Shown here piece after piece: positions 10,742 to 21,659 of a stretch of DNA of 64,000 nt (positions within the stretch are counted from its first letter, which is position 1; each line of letters starts with the position of its first letter). The translations under genes and the position numbers were made by a program. Below the pieces are notes generated by a model that saw nothing but the letters and a program-made list of their open reading frames with translations, ran no database searches and was not told the origin of the DNA. This stretch comes from an uncultured delta proteobacterium (GTDB lineage Bacteria > Desulfobacterota > Zymogenia > Zymogenales > Zymogenaceae), in NCBI GenBank assembly GCA_963735595.1, contig CAVTLK010000002.1:576001-640000 (forward strand). Direction: 5' to 3'.

Positions 10742-10746
10742 CGGGT

Positions 10747-12145
10747 ATGATTCGTACGGGGGAAAGGGTCGGCATCGGGCTTTCCGGTGCAAACGTCGTT
10801 GTCGTCGGCGGTGCCAGGACGGGGATGAGCGCCGCGCGATTTCTCGCCGGACGGGGCTCTCGGGTGACGCTGACCGATATGTCCGATCTTGCCGGTAAGA
10901 TGACCGAGCTTGGCGAGCTGCGCGCCCTGGGGGTTGTCACCGACCTGGGCAGGCACGACACCGCAGCCTTCCTGTCCGCCGACCTGATAGTCCTCAGCCC
11001 CGGCGTACCGCTCTTCATGGAGCCGCTGGCCGAGGCACGGAAGAAGGGGGTCAGGATCATCGGTGAGGTCGAGCTTGCCTTCAGGTTTTTCGATACTCCG
11101 GTCGTCGCAGTAACGGGGACCAACGGGAAGACGACGACAACCGCGTTACTGGGTTCGATCCTCGAAGCCTGTGGTAAAAAGGTCCTCGTGGGGGGGAACA
11201 TCGGGACGCCGCTTATAGAGTTTGTGCCCGGTCCCGGGGAGGAATGGCCCGCCGTGGACTTTATCGTGGCGGAGATATCGAGTTTTCAGTTGGAGGCGGT
11301 GGAGACGTTCGCGCCCAGGGTGGCGCTGCTGCTCAACATAACCCCTGATCACCTCGATCGGTACCGGAGCTACGAAGAGTACATTACGGCAAAGCTCGAG
11401 ATATTCGCCCATCAGTCGAGCGAAGATATCGCCGTGCTTAACCGGGACGATGATCTGGTCACGTCGCGGGCTCATGACATCGCCGCGGCACGGCTTTATT
11501 TCTCCCGTGCTCGGCAGGAACAGGGGGGGGTATGGTATGACGGGAAAGAGATAGTCTGCACGGTCAACGATGCCCTCGACTCCTACGATCCCCGGGATTC
11601 CCGGCTCGCAGGGCGTACACAATATAGAAAATATGATGGCGGCCGTCGCCGGGGCGGCCTCGGTCGGGTGCAGGGGAGAGGCGGTCGGGCGCGCAATACA
11701 GCAGTTCGTGCCGCACGGCCACCGGCTTCAGCACGTGCTGACGACCGAGTCCGGCGTGAGCTTCTACGACGATTCCAAGGCGACCAACGTGGGGGCGGCG
11801 CTCAAATCGATCGAGAGCTTCGCCGGGGGGCTCCACGTCATCCTGGGCGGGGTGGACAAGGGGGGAGCATACGCTCCCATGAAGGAGGCGCTTAAAAAGC
11901 GGGCCAAGGGCCTGTACCTGATCGGCGAGGCATCGCCGATCATCGAGAGGGAGCTTTCGGGGATTGTCCCGATCGTTGCCGCCGGCACCATGGGGCAGGC
12001 CGTCAGGATCGCGGGCGAGCGGGCAGTTTCGGGTGATACGGTTCTGCTGGCGCCGGCCTGCTCCAGTTTTGACCAGTACAGGAATTACCAGGAACGGGGA
12101 GAGGATTTCATACAGCACGTCAAGAGGTTTTTCGGCGATGGGTAA
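10747..12145 (+). CDS. murD: UDP-MurNAc-L-Ala:D-Glu ligase (one frameshift near 11611)
   Basis: LSPGVP, VTGTNGKTTT, EISSFQLE, NITPDHLDR in the first frame; HNIEN, DDSKATN, LAPACSSFDQY in the second. Confidence 0.93.
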
Positions 12146-13238
12146 CAAGTACGAATATGACCGGGTCCTTATCGTTTTGATCGCGGTCCTGGTCATATTC
12201 GGCATCATGATGGTCTTCTCGGCGAGTTCCGCCGTCGCGTACGACGAGAACGCGGATGCTGCATTCTATCTTAAGAAGCAGCTTCTTTGGGCCGTCCTGG
12301 GATTGGCGGCGATGGTCGCGATGATGCGGATCGATTACCATCTGCTGAGAACCTATGTCTACCCGATATTCCTGGTGAGCCTGTGTCTGCTGGTGCTCGT
12401 GCTTGTGCCGGGGGTCGGCAAGAAGATAAACGGGGCGCGCCGATGGATCGACTTGCTGGGATTTACGTTTCAACCGGGAGAGCTCATCAAGCTTACCCTT
12501 GTTATTTATCTGGCATACTCGCTCACGAAAAAATACGAGAAGATAAAAACCTTTACGGTGGGGTTCGTCCCCCACATCATTCTGCTGCTGATCGTGGCCG
12601 CCCTCATTATGTTAGAGCCCGATTTCGGGGCGGCGGTCACTATCGGGGCGATCGTGATCATCATGATGTTCGTAGCGGGTACGAGGTTCTATTACCTTGC
12701 GGCGACGGTGATCGCGGCGGTGCCCGTGGTCTATTTCTGTATCGTCCATTCGGCCTACCGCATGCGGCGTATTATGGCCTTTATGGACCCCTGGGCCGAC
12801 CCGCTGGATACCGGGTATCACATTATCCAGTCGTTTCTGGCCTTCGGGTCGGGGGGGATCGTGGGGGCCGGACTGGGGGAGGGCACGCAGAAGCTTTTCT
12901 ATCTCCCCTTTGCCTATTCGGATTTCATATTCGCGGTCATCGGCGAGGAGCTGGGATTCATCGCGGTGGTCGCGGTCATCGCCGCATTCGGGCTGTTGTG
13001 CATGCGGGGAATCAGGATCGCCAAGAGGGCGCCCGATCTCTTCGGCTCCTACCTGGCGGTGGGAATTACCGCGCTGATCACCATTGAGGTTATCCTCAAC
13101 ATCGGTGTGGTGACGGGTCTTTTGCCCACCAAGGGGATGACGCTGCCGTTTATCAGCTACGGCGGCTCCTCGCTTCTAACGAGCCTGGCGGCGATGGGGG
13201 TGCTCCTCAACGTATCGGCCCAGGGGGAGGCAAAATGA
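12138..13238 (+). CDS. ftsW: SEDS peptidoglycan polymerase FtsW
   Basis: NGARRWI, FQPGELIK, EPDFG, DFIFAVIGEELG, LPFISYGGSS. Confidence 0.96.
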   Translation: MGNKYEYDRVLIVLIAVLVIFGIMMVFSASSAVAYDENADAAFYLKKQLLWAVLGLAAMVAMMRIDYHLLRTYVYPIFLVSLCLLVLVLVPGVGKKINGARRWIDLLGFTFQPGELIKLTLVIYLAYSLTKKYEKIKTFTVGFVPHIILLLIVAALIMLEPDFGAAVTIGAIVIIMMFVAGTRFYYLAATVIAAVPVVYFCIVHSAYRMRRIMAFMDPWADPLDTGYHIIQSFLAFGSGGIVGAGLGEGTQKLFYLPFAYSDFIFAVIGEELGFIAVVAVIAAFGLLCMRGIRIAKRAPDLFGSYLAVGITALITIEVILNIGVVTGLLPTKGMTLPFISYGGSSLLTSLAAMGVLLNVSAQGEAK

Positions 13239-14314
13239 AGGTCGTCATCGCGGGAGGGGGAACGGGAGGCCACCTTTATTCGGGGACGGCCGTGTACGAT
13301 ATCCTTACCCGCGGGGGGGGGCACGAGGTCTCCTTTATCGGGACACGGGACGGCATAGAGGCGCGGGTACTTCCCGGCCGGGGGATTGACGTGAGATATA
13401 TCCCGGTCGTCAAGTTCCGCAGGAGCGGGGCCGGCGCGAAGGTGATGTCCGTCGGTGTTCTGCCGCTTTCCGGGATATGTGCGCTGGCGGCGCTGTTAAA
13501 GATCAAGCCGGACGTCGTTCTCGGGGTGGGCGGATACGCCTCGGGGCCGGTGGTCGCCGCTGCGGCGCTCCTGGGCATCAGGCGGGCCGTCATCGAGCAG
13601 AACTCGGTGGCCGGGTTTACCAACCGGGTTCTCGGGCGGTTCGTTCGGCGGGCGTTTCTGGGCCTGCCGGGCGCCGCCTCCGATTTCCCCCGCGGCGTCG
13701 GCGTCTTCGTCGGCAACCCCGTCAGGGAAGCCCTCTTCTCCGTGCCGCCGGCAGACCAGACGTCGCTGCCGTTTACGATCCTGGTCTTCGGCGGTAGCCA
13801 GGGCGCGCACCGTATCAATGGGCTGATCACCGAAGCGCTGCCGTTCCTGCCCGATATGAAAGGGACGCTCTCGTTTATTCACCTTGCGGGCGGCAACGAC
13901 CTCGCGGCCGTTCAGCGGGCATACAAGGAGGCGGGGATATCCGCCGAGGTCCACGACTTCCGGGAGGATATGGAGCACCTATACGGACGCGCCCACTGGG
14001 TGATCGCGCGGTCCGGCGCGATGACAGTATCGGAGCTGGCGGCGGCCCGGAGGAGTTCGCTCCTGATCCCCTATCCGTTTGCGGTGGACGACCACCAGGC
14101 AAAGAACGCCGCCTACCTCGTGGAGGCGGGGGCGGCCGATATGATCAGGCAGGAGGACCTTACCGGCAGGCGGCTTTCCTCACTGATCCGGGAGGCGTTC
14201 GTCAACAGAAAGCGCCTTTCGGTAATGGGAGACAGGGCCGGCGAGGCCGCCCGGCCCGACGCGGCGCGCCGGATCGCCGAATGGATAACCGGCCGGGACG
14301 ACAGGACAGCATGA
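13235..14314 (+). CDS. murG: Lipid II GlcNAc transferase
   Basis: GGGTGGH, GGYAS, EQNSVAG, GNPVR, GGSQGA, RSGA, HQAKNA. Confidence 0.96.
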   Translation: MKVVIAGGGTGGHLYSGTAVYDILTRGGGHEVSFIGTRDGIEARVLPGRGIDVRYIPVVKFRRSGAGAKVMSVGVLPLSGICALAALLKIKPDVVLGVGGYASGPVVAAAALLGIRRAVIEQNSVAGFTNRVLGRFVRRAFLGLPGAASDFPRGVGVFVGNPVREALFSVPPADQTSLPFTILVFGGSQGAHRINGLITEALPFLPDMKGTLSFIHLAGGNDLAAVQRAYKEAGISAEVHDFREDMEHLYGRAHWVIARSGAMTVSELAAARRSSLLIPYPFAVDDHQAKNAAYLVEAGAADMIRQEDLTGRRLSSLIREAFVNRKRLSVMGDRAGEAARPDAARRIAEWITGRDDRTA

Positions 14315-15718
14315 TTAAGAACCAGACAAGGACATACCGTGGATTTCACAAGGTCCACTTTATTGCCATCGGCGGCATTGGGATGAGCGGGATAGCCGAG
14401 GTCCTCCTCAACCGGGGGTACGAGGTCTCGGGCTCCGACATCAGAAAGAGCGACATAACCGAACGCCTCAGGTCGTTGGGGGCCGTCGTTCACTACGGCC
14501 ACTCGGAGAAGAACCTCGCGGAGGCAGACGTGGTTGTGGTCTCCACGGCGGTGAAAAAAGACAATCCCGAGGTCCTGGAGGCAATCCGGAAGAATATCCC
14601 GGTGATCCCGCGAGCCGAGATGCTGGCGGAGCTCATGCGGATGAAGTATGGTGTGGCGGTGGCCGGCACTCACGGCAAGACCACCACTACCTCGATGATC
14701 GCCACTATCATGGGAATGGGAAACCTCGACCCGACGATGGTCATCGGAGGCAAACTCGACTATATCGGCTCCAATGCGAGGCTCGGCGAGGGGCAGTTCC
14801 TGGTGGCCGAGGCCGATGAGAGCGACGGATCGTTTCTGCTGCTGTCGCCGACCATCGCGGTTGTCACCAATATCGAAGAAGAACACATGGACTACTATCG
14901 GGATCTGGCCCAGATAAAGGACGCCTTCGTGACGTTCATCAACAAGATCCCGTTCTACGGCCTGGCGGTGCTCTGCCTGGATCATGAGAACGTCCAGGCG
15001 ATTATGCCACGAGGTCAAGAGGCGCTTCATAACCTACGGGGTATCGCCCCAGGCGGATTTCACCGCGTCGGGAACTGCATTTCGGGGAGGCCGGTCGACC
15101 TTTACGGTGTCGTATCACGGTGAGCCGTGGGGGGAGGTCGATCTTCCTATTCCGGGTTCGCATAACGTCCTCAACGCGCTGGCGGCTATTGCCGTCGGCA
15201 TGGAGGTGGGGCTCGATTTCGATACGATAACACAGGCCCTCTCACAGTTTGCCGGGCCGCACCGGCGTTTTCAGATCAAGGGGGAAGCGGCGGGCGTTAC
15301 GGTGGTTGACGACTACGGGCACCACCCCACCGAGATCGTGGCGACACTGGCAGCCGCCAGAAGCTTCTGGGGCGGCAGGATCGTGGCGGTCTTCCAACCC
15401 CACCGTTACACGAGAACCCGCGACCTCTTCGATGCCTTTCTGACGGCGTTTTTTGCGGCCGATGTCCTCGTGATGACCGATATCTACGCGGCCTCCGAGG
15501 ACCCGATACCCGGAGTGGATGCGAAAGGCCTCTTCGAGGAGATCGGAAAACGCGGGATGAGAGAGCGATACTTCGTGCCGAAGAAGGAAGAAATCGCACC
15601 GGAGTTGATGAGGATCGTCCAGCCGGGGGACATGGTAATCACCCTCGGGGCCGGGGATATCTACCGGTCAGGAGAGGAACTCCTGGCGCTGCTGAAGGAG
15701 CGCGATGCGAGGCCTTGA
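14311..15718 (+). CDS. murC: UDP-MurNAc:L-Ala ligase (one frameshift near 15009)
   Basis: [30 protein letters not shown] in frame 1; [23 protein letters not shown] in frame 2. Confidence 0.93.
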
Positions 15719-16598
15719 ACAAGAGATCAGGGGCACGGTCCTTTTTGACGAGCCGATGGCCCGGCACACCTCCTACCGGATCGGCGGGCCGGTCGATATC
15801 TTCATCGTGCCGGCCGACGCCGATGATCTCGGGGCCGCGCTCACAATCCTCCGGGAGCGCGATATACCCGTTGTCATCCTCGGGAGGGGAACCAACCTCC
15901 TGGTGCGGGACGGCGGGATCAGGGGAAGCGTGGTCTCGATGGAAGCGATGGCGGGCGTAGAGCGGGCGGGCGAAAACAGGGTGACTGCCCAGGCCGGGGC
16001 GCCCCTCATGGAAGTGATCAACCGATGCGTTGGGTGGTCCCTGGCGGGGCTCGAAAAGCTGGCGGGGATTCCCGGCAGCGTCGGGGGTGCGGTCGTCATG
16101 AACGCCGGCGCACACGGCGCGTATATCGAGGGCGTCATTCATGCGGCGGCTATCCTGGGGGCGGAAGGAAAGGTCTATAATAGGACAAGGGATGAGCTCG
16201 GTTTTGCCTACCGGACGTCCGGTCTGGACAGCAGCGAGATCATCCTGCATGTCGATATGTCACTTGAAACGGGAGATCCGGAAGAAATCTCCCGGATCGT
16301 TAAGGAAAAACTGGATTGGCGGCGCGACCGGCAGCCGTTGTCTCTGCCCTCGGCGGGGTCGGTCTTCAAGAACCCCCCCGGGTCGCCCGCCGGCAGGATT
16401 ATCACGGAGCTCGGCCTCAAGGGAACCAGGGCAGGGGGGGCCGAGGTATCTACGCTTCACGCCAATTTCATAGTGAATCGCGGCGGGGCGCGGGCCGTCG
16501 ATGTCCTTTCGCTCATAGATCTGATCGTTAAGAAAGCCCGCGATGAGCGGGGGATCGAGCTCGAGCCGGAAATTAAGATAGTCGGGGTGGACCGGTGA
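15705..16598 (+). CDS. murB: UDP-N-acetylenolpyruvoylglucosamine reductase
   Basis: HTSYRIGG, GRGTNLL, GIPGSVGGAVVMNAGA, SAGSVFKNP, HANFIVN. Confidence 0.96.
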   Translation: MRGLEQEIRGTVLFDEPMARHTSYRIGGPVDIFIVPADADDLGAALTILRERDIPVVILGRGTNLLVRDGGIRGSVVSMEAMAGVERAGENRVTAQAGAPLMEVINRCVGWSLAGLEKLAGIPGSVGGAVVMNAGAHGAYIEGVIHAAAILGAEGKVYNRTRDELGFAYRTSGLDSSEIILHVDMSLETGDPEEISRIVKEKLDWRRDRQPLSLPSAGSVFKNPPGSPAGRIITELGLKGTRAGGAEVSTLHANFIVNRGGARAVDVLSLIDLIVKKARDERGIELEPEIKIVGVDR

Positions 16599-17401
16599 CC
16601 AGAGACCTCAAAAATATCGGGCCGTCTGAATTCGGCGTCAAGAAGGAACAGGCACGGGTCACAAAGGACGGGCCGGTAAGGAGCCCGGCGACCCTGATCG
16701 CCGCGGTATGCGCTCTCGCGTTAGTGGGTATGATCCTCTACGCCGCCGTCCGGGTGTTGCCCGGGATCGGCAGGAAGATCGGCGATTCATCATATTTCCG
16801 CCTGGAGGACGTCGACGTCATCGGGGTCGTGAGGGCGGATCGTGACGCTATCGGTCCGGCCGTAGGGTTTTCGGCGGGCAGTCCCCTGTTGGAGACGGAT
16901 CTCGCCGCCATACGGGATCGCGTTGCCGCCGTCGACTGGGTCAAGGATGTAGAGGTTTCCCGGGACCTTCCCAATAAGCTGATAATCAGAATCACGGAGC
17001 ACGCACCGGTGGCGGTGGCCGTGACGGACGAAGGCCGGCGGTTCGTCGACCCGGACGGGGAGCTGTCCGAAATCGATACGGATATCGGAGGGCTTCCCGC
17101 CTTTTCCGGGATGACCATGCCCGATCAGTACGTCGAGGGCGCGCGGCTATTGACGCTGATACGGGACGGACGTCTCATCGCCGACGGGCACGTGAAGACG
17201 GTGAGATTTGACGAGGTTATGGGGTATACCGTTACAACCAGCGAAGGCATTGAGATACGTCTCGGGCAGCCGCCCTTTGACGAGAAGATCGCGCGGCTGA
17301 CCCGGGTGCTGGATGACGCTCAGAAACGGGGTACTATCCGATATATCTATATGAACATCGAAGACAGGGTCGTGGTAAAAGTAGGGGCGCCGGTGATGTA
17401 A
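16595..17401 (+). CDS. ftsQ: Cell division protein FtsQ/DivIB
   Basis: TM plus POTRA domain (WVKDVEVSRDLPNKLIIRITEH), directly before ftsA. Confidence 0.88.
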   Translation: MTRDLKNIGPSEFGVKKEQARVTKDGPVRSPATLIAAVCALALVGMILYAAVRVLPGIGRKIGDSSYFRLEDVDVIGVVRADRDAIGPAVGFSAGSPLLETDLAAIRDRVAAVDWVKDVEVSRDLPNKLIIRITEHAPVAVAVTDEGRRFVDPDGELSEIDTDIGGLPAFSGMTMPDQYVEGARLLTLIRDGRLIADGHVKTVRFDEVMGYTVTTSEGIEIRLGQPPFDEKIARLTRVLDDAQKRGTIRYIYMNIEDRVVVKVGAPVM

Positions 17402-17428
17402 CGGACCTCAAGGCAAGGAGGTGATACG

Positions 17429-18655
17429 ATGACGGCAAACGGCAACATATTCGTCGGTCTCGATATCGGGACTACCAAGATCTGCGCGATTGTGGGCGAA
17501 CAGGTCGATGGTGAAATCGAGATAATCGGGATCGGCTCAGCGCCGTCGCGGGGATTGCGTAAAGGGGTGGTAATAAATATCGAGAGCACGGTCGCCTCCA
17601 TCAGGAAAGCAATAGGAGAGGCGGAACTGATGGCGGGCCTCGAGATCAAATCGGTCTTCGTCGGCATCGCCGGAGGACATATCAAGGGTTTCAACAGCCA
17701 CGGAATTATCGCGGTCAAGAGCCGTGAAGTGACCGAGAGCGACGTGAAACGCGTCATCGACGCCGCCCGTGCGATCGCCATACCGGTGGACAGGGAAGTA
17801 ATCCATATCCTGCCCCAGGAATTCATCGTGGACGAGCAGGACGGCATTCAGGAGCCGATCGGCATAAGCGGCGTGCGCCTGGAAGCCAAGGTGCACATCG
17901 TAACGGGCGCGGTGACGAGCGCCCAGAACATCATCCGCTGCGTAAACCGGACGGGCATGGACGTATCGACCATCGTCCTGGAGCAGCTGGCCTCCGCGGA
18001 GGCGGTGCTCTCAGAGGACGAAAAGGAGCTCGGCGTCGTCATTATGGATATCGGCGGAGGGACGACCGACGTGGCGGTCTTCTCCCAGGGCAGCATAAAG
18101 CATACGACCGTGCTGGCGTTGGGCGGTGATCACCTTACCAACGACATTGCCGTGGGTCTGCGAACTCCGCTCATAGACGCGGAGCGGATAAAGAAGAAGA
18201 GCGGCTGCGCGCTCGCCTCCCTCGTGGACAAGGACGAGACCATCGAGGTGCCGTCGGTAGGGGGGAGAAAGCCGAGGGTCGTTTCCCGGCAAATACTTGC
18301 CGAGATCATCGAACCCCGGGTGGAGGAGATACTGTCCCTGGTCCATCGGGACATCGTGCGGTCGGGATACATGGACGTCATGGCGTCGGGCGTGGTGCTG
18401 ACGGGCGGCTCGTCGCTTCTGGAGGGGATCGGGGAGATGGCCGAGCAGATCTTCAACATGCCCGCGCGCATCGGGTATCCGGCCGGCATCGGGGGCCTGG
18501 TGGATGTAGTCAACAGCCCGATGTACGCGACGGGGGTCGGGCTGGTGCTCTACGGTTACAAGAACGGAGGGCAGGCGCGCTTTCGGGTAGGCGAAAAGAA
18601 CGTATTCAATAAGGTGACAGATCGATTTAAAGAAATTATCAAGGATTACTTTTAA
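17429..18655 (+). CDS. ftsA: Cell division protein FtsA
   Basis: GLDIGTTK, DIGGGTTD, VLTGGSSLL, YATGVGL. Confidence 0.98.
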   Translation: MTANGNIFVGLDIGTTKICAIVGEQVDGEIEIIGIGSAPSRGLRKGVVINIESTVASIRKAIGEAELMAGLEIKSVFVGIAGGHIKGFNSHGIIAVKSREVTESDVKRVIDAARAIAIPVDREVIHILPQEFIVDEQDGIQEPIGISGVRLEAKVHIVTGAVTSAQNIIRCVNRTGMDVSTIVLEQLASAEAVLSEDEKELGVVIMDIGGGTTDVAVFSQGSIKHTTVLALGGDHLTNDIAVGLRTPLIDAERIKKKSGCALASLVDKDETIEVPSVGGRKPRVVSRQILAEIIEPRVEEILSLVHRDIVRSGYMDVMASGVVLTGGSSLLEGIGEMAEQIFNMPARIGYPAGIGGLVDVVNSPMYATGVGLVLYGYKNGGQARFRVGEKNVFNKVTDRFKEIIKDYF

Positions 18656-18672
18656 TCCCGGAGGACCCAACC

Positions 18673-19839
18673 ATGGATATGTTCGAGTATGTGGAAAATA
18701 GTCTGGGAGGGGCCAAGATCAAGGTGGTCGGCGTGGGGGGCGGCGGCGGCAACGCGGTCGATAACATGATCGAGATGGGGCTTGCCGGGGTCGACTTTAT
18801 CTGCGCGAATACGGATGCCCAGGCCCTGGCGGCCTCGAAGGCCTCCATGAAAATGCAGCTCGGCGCCAAGCTTACCAAGGGGTTGGGCGCGGGGTCGAAT
18901 CCGGACGTCGGGAAGCGGGCCGCGGAAGAAGACCGGGACAAGATACGCGAGAGCCTTGCCGGCGCCCACATGGTCTTTATCACCGCCGGGATGGGCGGCG
19001 GGACCGGCACCGGCGGGGCGCCCGTCTGCGCAGAGATCGCAAAGGAGGTCGGGGCGCTGTCGGTAGCGGTGGTGACCAAGCCCTTTGCCTTCGAGAACAA
19101 GAAACGGATGCAGCAAGCCGAGGACGGGATCGTTGAGCTGGCCAAGCATGTCGATACGCTCCTGTGTATCCCCAACCAGAGATTGCTGGAGTATGCCGGA
19201 AAGGAAGTAACCCTCGTCACGGCCTTCAAACGGGCCGATGAGATCCTCTATTTCGCGGTCAAGGGTATCTCAGACCTGATAACCGTTAGAGGGCTTATAA
19301 ACCTTGACTTCTCCGACATCAGGACCGTGATGGAAGGGACCGGGATGGCCATTATGGGAACCGGCAAGGCCGGAGGCAGCAACAGGGGCATGGAGGCGGC
19401 CAAACGCGCCGTTACGAGCCCCCTTCTGGAGGAGCTTTCCATCAACGGGGCGCAGGGCGTGCTGGTGAACCTGACCGGCGGGGAGAACCTCACCCTTGAG
19501 GACGTCGAGAGCGCCATGACCTACATCCAGAAAGAAGTGCACCATGAGGCGCATATTATCTTCGGGGCGGTCATCGATAAGGCGATGGGCGACGAGATGA
19601 TGGTCACGGTCATCGCCACGGGCTTCTCGAGGTCCGACGACAGCCTGAACCGTGAGCTGATAAAGATCGGGCCCGCAGCCGTGATAGGGCAATCGAAGAG
19701 CGACCTGGATATGCCCACCTTTATCAGGAAGGATCGGGAGGCCATAGCGATTGATAAGGTGACCCGGAAGAACCTTTCGGTCAACGGCGAGGATTCGGAA
19801 TACGATATCCCTACGTTCTTGCGGAAAAAGGCCGATTGA
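18673..19839 (+). CDS. ftsZ: Cell division protein FtsZ
   Basis: GVGGGGGNAV, GMGGGTGTG, INLDFSD, C-terminal DIPTFLRK. Confidence 0.99.
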   Translation: MDMFEYVENSLGGAKIKVVGVGGGGGNAVDNMIEMGLAGVDFICANTDAQALAASKASMKMQLGAKLTKGLGAGSNPDVGKRAAEEDRDKIRESLAGAHMVFITAGMGGGTGTGGAPVCAEIAKEVGALSVAVVTKPFAFENKKRMQQAEDGIVELAKHVDTLLCIPNQRLLEYAGKEVTLVTAFKRADEILYFAVKGISDLITVRGLINLDFSDIRTVMEGTGMAIMGTGKAGGSNRGMEAAKRAVTSPLLEELSINGAQGVLVNLTGGENLTLEDVESAMTYIQKEVHHEAHIIFGAVIDKAMGDEMMVTVIATGFSRSDDSLNRELIKIGPAAVIGQSKSDLDMPTFIRKDREAIAIDKVTRKNLSVNGEDSEYDIPTFLRKKAD

Positions 19840-19871
19840 CGGTCGCCTGAAGGGACGGGTGATACGCGGAC

Positions 19872-21563
19872 GTGTCTTCCTATGAGCGGCATCTCATCGA
19901 GCTCCTGAAACGGGAGCGGGGCCTGCGGGCTGCCGGCGGCGGCGGACTTAAGACCGCCGTTATCTATCCCAACCGATACGCCGTGGGCATGAGCAACCTG
20001 GGCTTCCTTTCGGTCTTTCGGCGGACGGCCGAGCAATTCGGCGTTTCCGCGGAGCGCGCCTTCCTTCCCGATCCCGCCCACGAAACGGCCCTCAGGAGGG
20101 CTGACAACCCGGTGCTGACCCTCGAATCGCGCCGGGGCCTGCGCGAAATGGACCTCCTCCTCTTTTCCGTATCGTTCGAAAACGACTATCTCAACCTGCT
20201 GAAAATACTCGGTCTATCAAAAATACCGATGCGCTCACGCGCGCGCGATCGGGGACACCCGTTGGTCGGCGCGGGCGGCGCGGCCGTCCAGATCAATCCC
20301 GAAACGATATCACCGTTCGTGGACTTTTTCGCACTCGGGGAGGGCGAGGAGCTGGTACCGGATATCCTGGCCGTCCTGAGGGACCAGGGGGGGGCCAGGG
20401 GCGACAAGCGGGAAATCCTGGACGCGCTGAGCCTGATCGAGGGGGTCTACGTGCCGGAGCGCTTCGAGGCGGCCTACGACGGCCGGGGGAGGCTTCAGTC
20501 GTTTGTCAACGTGTCGGGAGGGCGCGACCGGGTGACGGTTCGGAAACGCGCCGACCTCTCCGGGATGGCGCTCTGTTCGCCCATCGTGACCGGCGAGGCC
20601 GAGTTTTCCGACATGCTGCTGGTGGAGATGGAGCGGGGGTGTCCCTTCGGGTGCGCGTTCTGCGTGGCAAGCGCCCTCTATGCCCCGGTGAGGATGCGCC
20701 CCGAGGACGATATTATTTCCGATATCGAGTCGGGGATGGCCCTGACCGGGACGGTGGGGCTGTTGGGCCCCGCCGTTTCGAGCCATCCCGGCCTGCTCCG
20801 CGTCCTGGAGACGGTCAGGCAACACGGAGGATCGGTCGGCCTTCCGTCAATCAGGACGGAGCTCTTGACGGACGAGGGGATCGGGCTCCTATCGGGGCTT
20901 TCCGTCAGAACTTTGACGATAGCCCCGGAGGCGGGGAGCGAGCGGGTGCGCCGAAATATCGGTAAATCCATGTCCGACGGGGAGATCCTCGACCTCGTCC
21001 AACGGTCCGCGGCGGCAGGGATCATGAGCGTTCGGGCCTACTTCCTCGTGGGGATGCCCGGAGAGAATGATGACGATATCCAGGCCGTCTCGGAGCTCGC
21101 GAAAAAGATTCGCCATACGCTTATCGCCGCCACCAGGGGGGCGGGAAAAACGGGCAGGGTAACGGTCTCGCTAACGCCACTGGTCCCCAAGCCGCATACG
21201 CCGCTCCAATGGATGGCGATGGAAGACCGTAAGGCCCTTTCGGGGAAGATAACGCGTATCCAGCGGGCACTCAAGGGGGTCGGGGGAATATCGGTTATCT
21301 TCGAGCCGCCAAAGTGGTCTTACCTCCAGGCACTGATCGCCCGGGGCGACCGGCGCGTCGCCGATATCCTGGAGCGTGTAGCGACCGGCGACGGCGATCT
21401 GAATGCCGTCTTCCGGGAGACGCCCTTGAACCCCGACTTCTACGTCACCAGGCCCCGGGACGACGACGAGATGTTCCCGTGGGATTTCATCGACCTGGGC
21501 GTTGACAAGAGGAAGCTGTTGGCGCGGTATAAAACGATCATCGGGGAAGGCCGGGGCGGGTAA
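19872..21563 (+). CDS. Radical SAM protein with B12-binding-like N-terminus
   Basis: YPNRYAVGMSNLG, RGCPFGCAFC (CxxxCxxC), APEAGSER, PKPHTPLQW, PWDFI. Confidence 0.88.
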   Translation: MSSYERHLIELLKRERGLRAAGGGGLKTAVIYPNRYAVGMSNLGFLSVFRRTAEQFGVSAERAFLPDPAHETALRRADNPVLTLESRRGLREMDLLLFSVSFENDYLNLLKILGLSKIPMRSRARDRGHPLVGAGGAAVQINPETISPFVDFFALGEGEELVPDILAVLRDQGGARGDKREILDALSLIEGVYVPERFEAAYDGRGRLQSFVNVSGGRDRVTVRKRADLSGMALCSPIVTGEAEFSDMLLVEMERGCPFGCAFCVASALYAPVRMRPEDDIISDIESGMALTGTVGLLGPAVSSHPGLLRVLETVRQHGGSVGLPSIRTELLTDEGIGLLSGLSVRTLTIAPEAGSERVRRNIGKSMSDGEILDLVQRSAAAGIMSVRAYFLVGMPGENDDDIQAVSELAKKIRHTLIAATRGAGKTGRVTVSLTPLVPKPHTPLQWMAMEDRKALSGKITRIQRALKGVGGISVIFEPPKWSYLQALIARGDRRVADILERVATGDGDLNAVFRETPLNPDFYVTRPRDDDEMFPWDFIDLGVDKRKLLARYKTIIGEGRGG

Positions 21564-21615
21564 ACTCGATACGCCGTGCCGTTGAATTCCCGGCAGTTTG
21601 CCAGGGAAGGCCTTC

Positions 21616-21644
21616 TTGACTCACCCCTTCTTTTTTGCTATCCT
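21616..21644 (+). promoter_or_regulatory. Sigma70-type promoter
   Basis: TTGACT-17-TATCCT with a TG extension, 15 bp before ATG 21660. Confidence 0.6.
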
Positions 21645-21659
21645 GAAACAAAAAAACCA

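Noticed and set aside
11600..15020. Frameshifts in murD and murC as pseudogenisation or programmed frameshifting
   Set aside because: Both genes are essential, both halves are undegraded, each break is a single extra base with no slippery heptamer, and similar +1 insertions occur across the window (about 395, 22702, 39500, 39664, 48-58 kb). Long-read consensus error is the simplest explanation.
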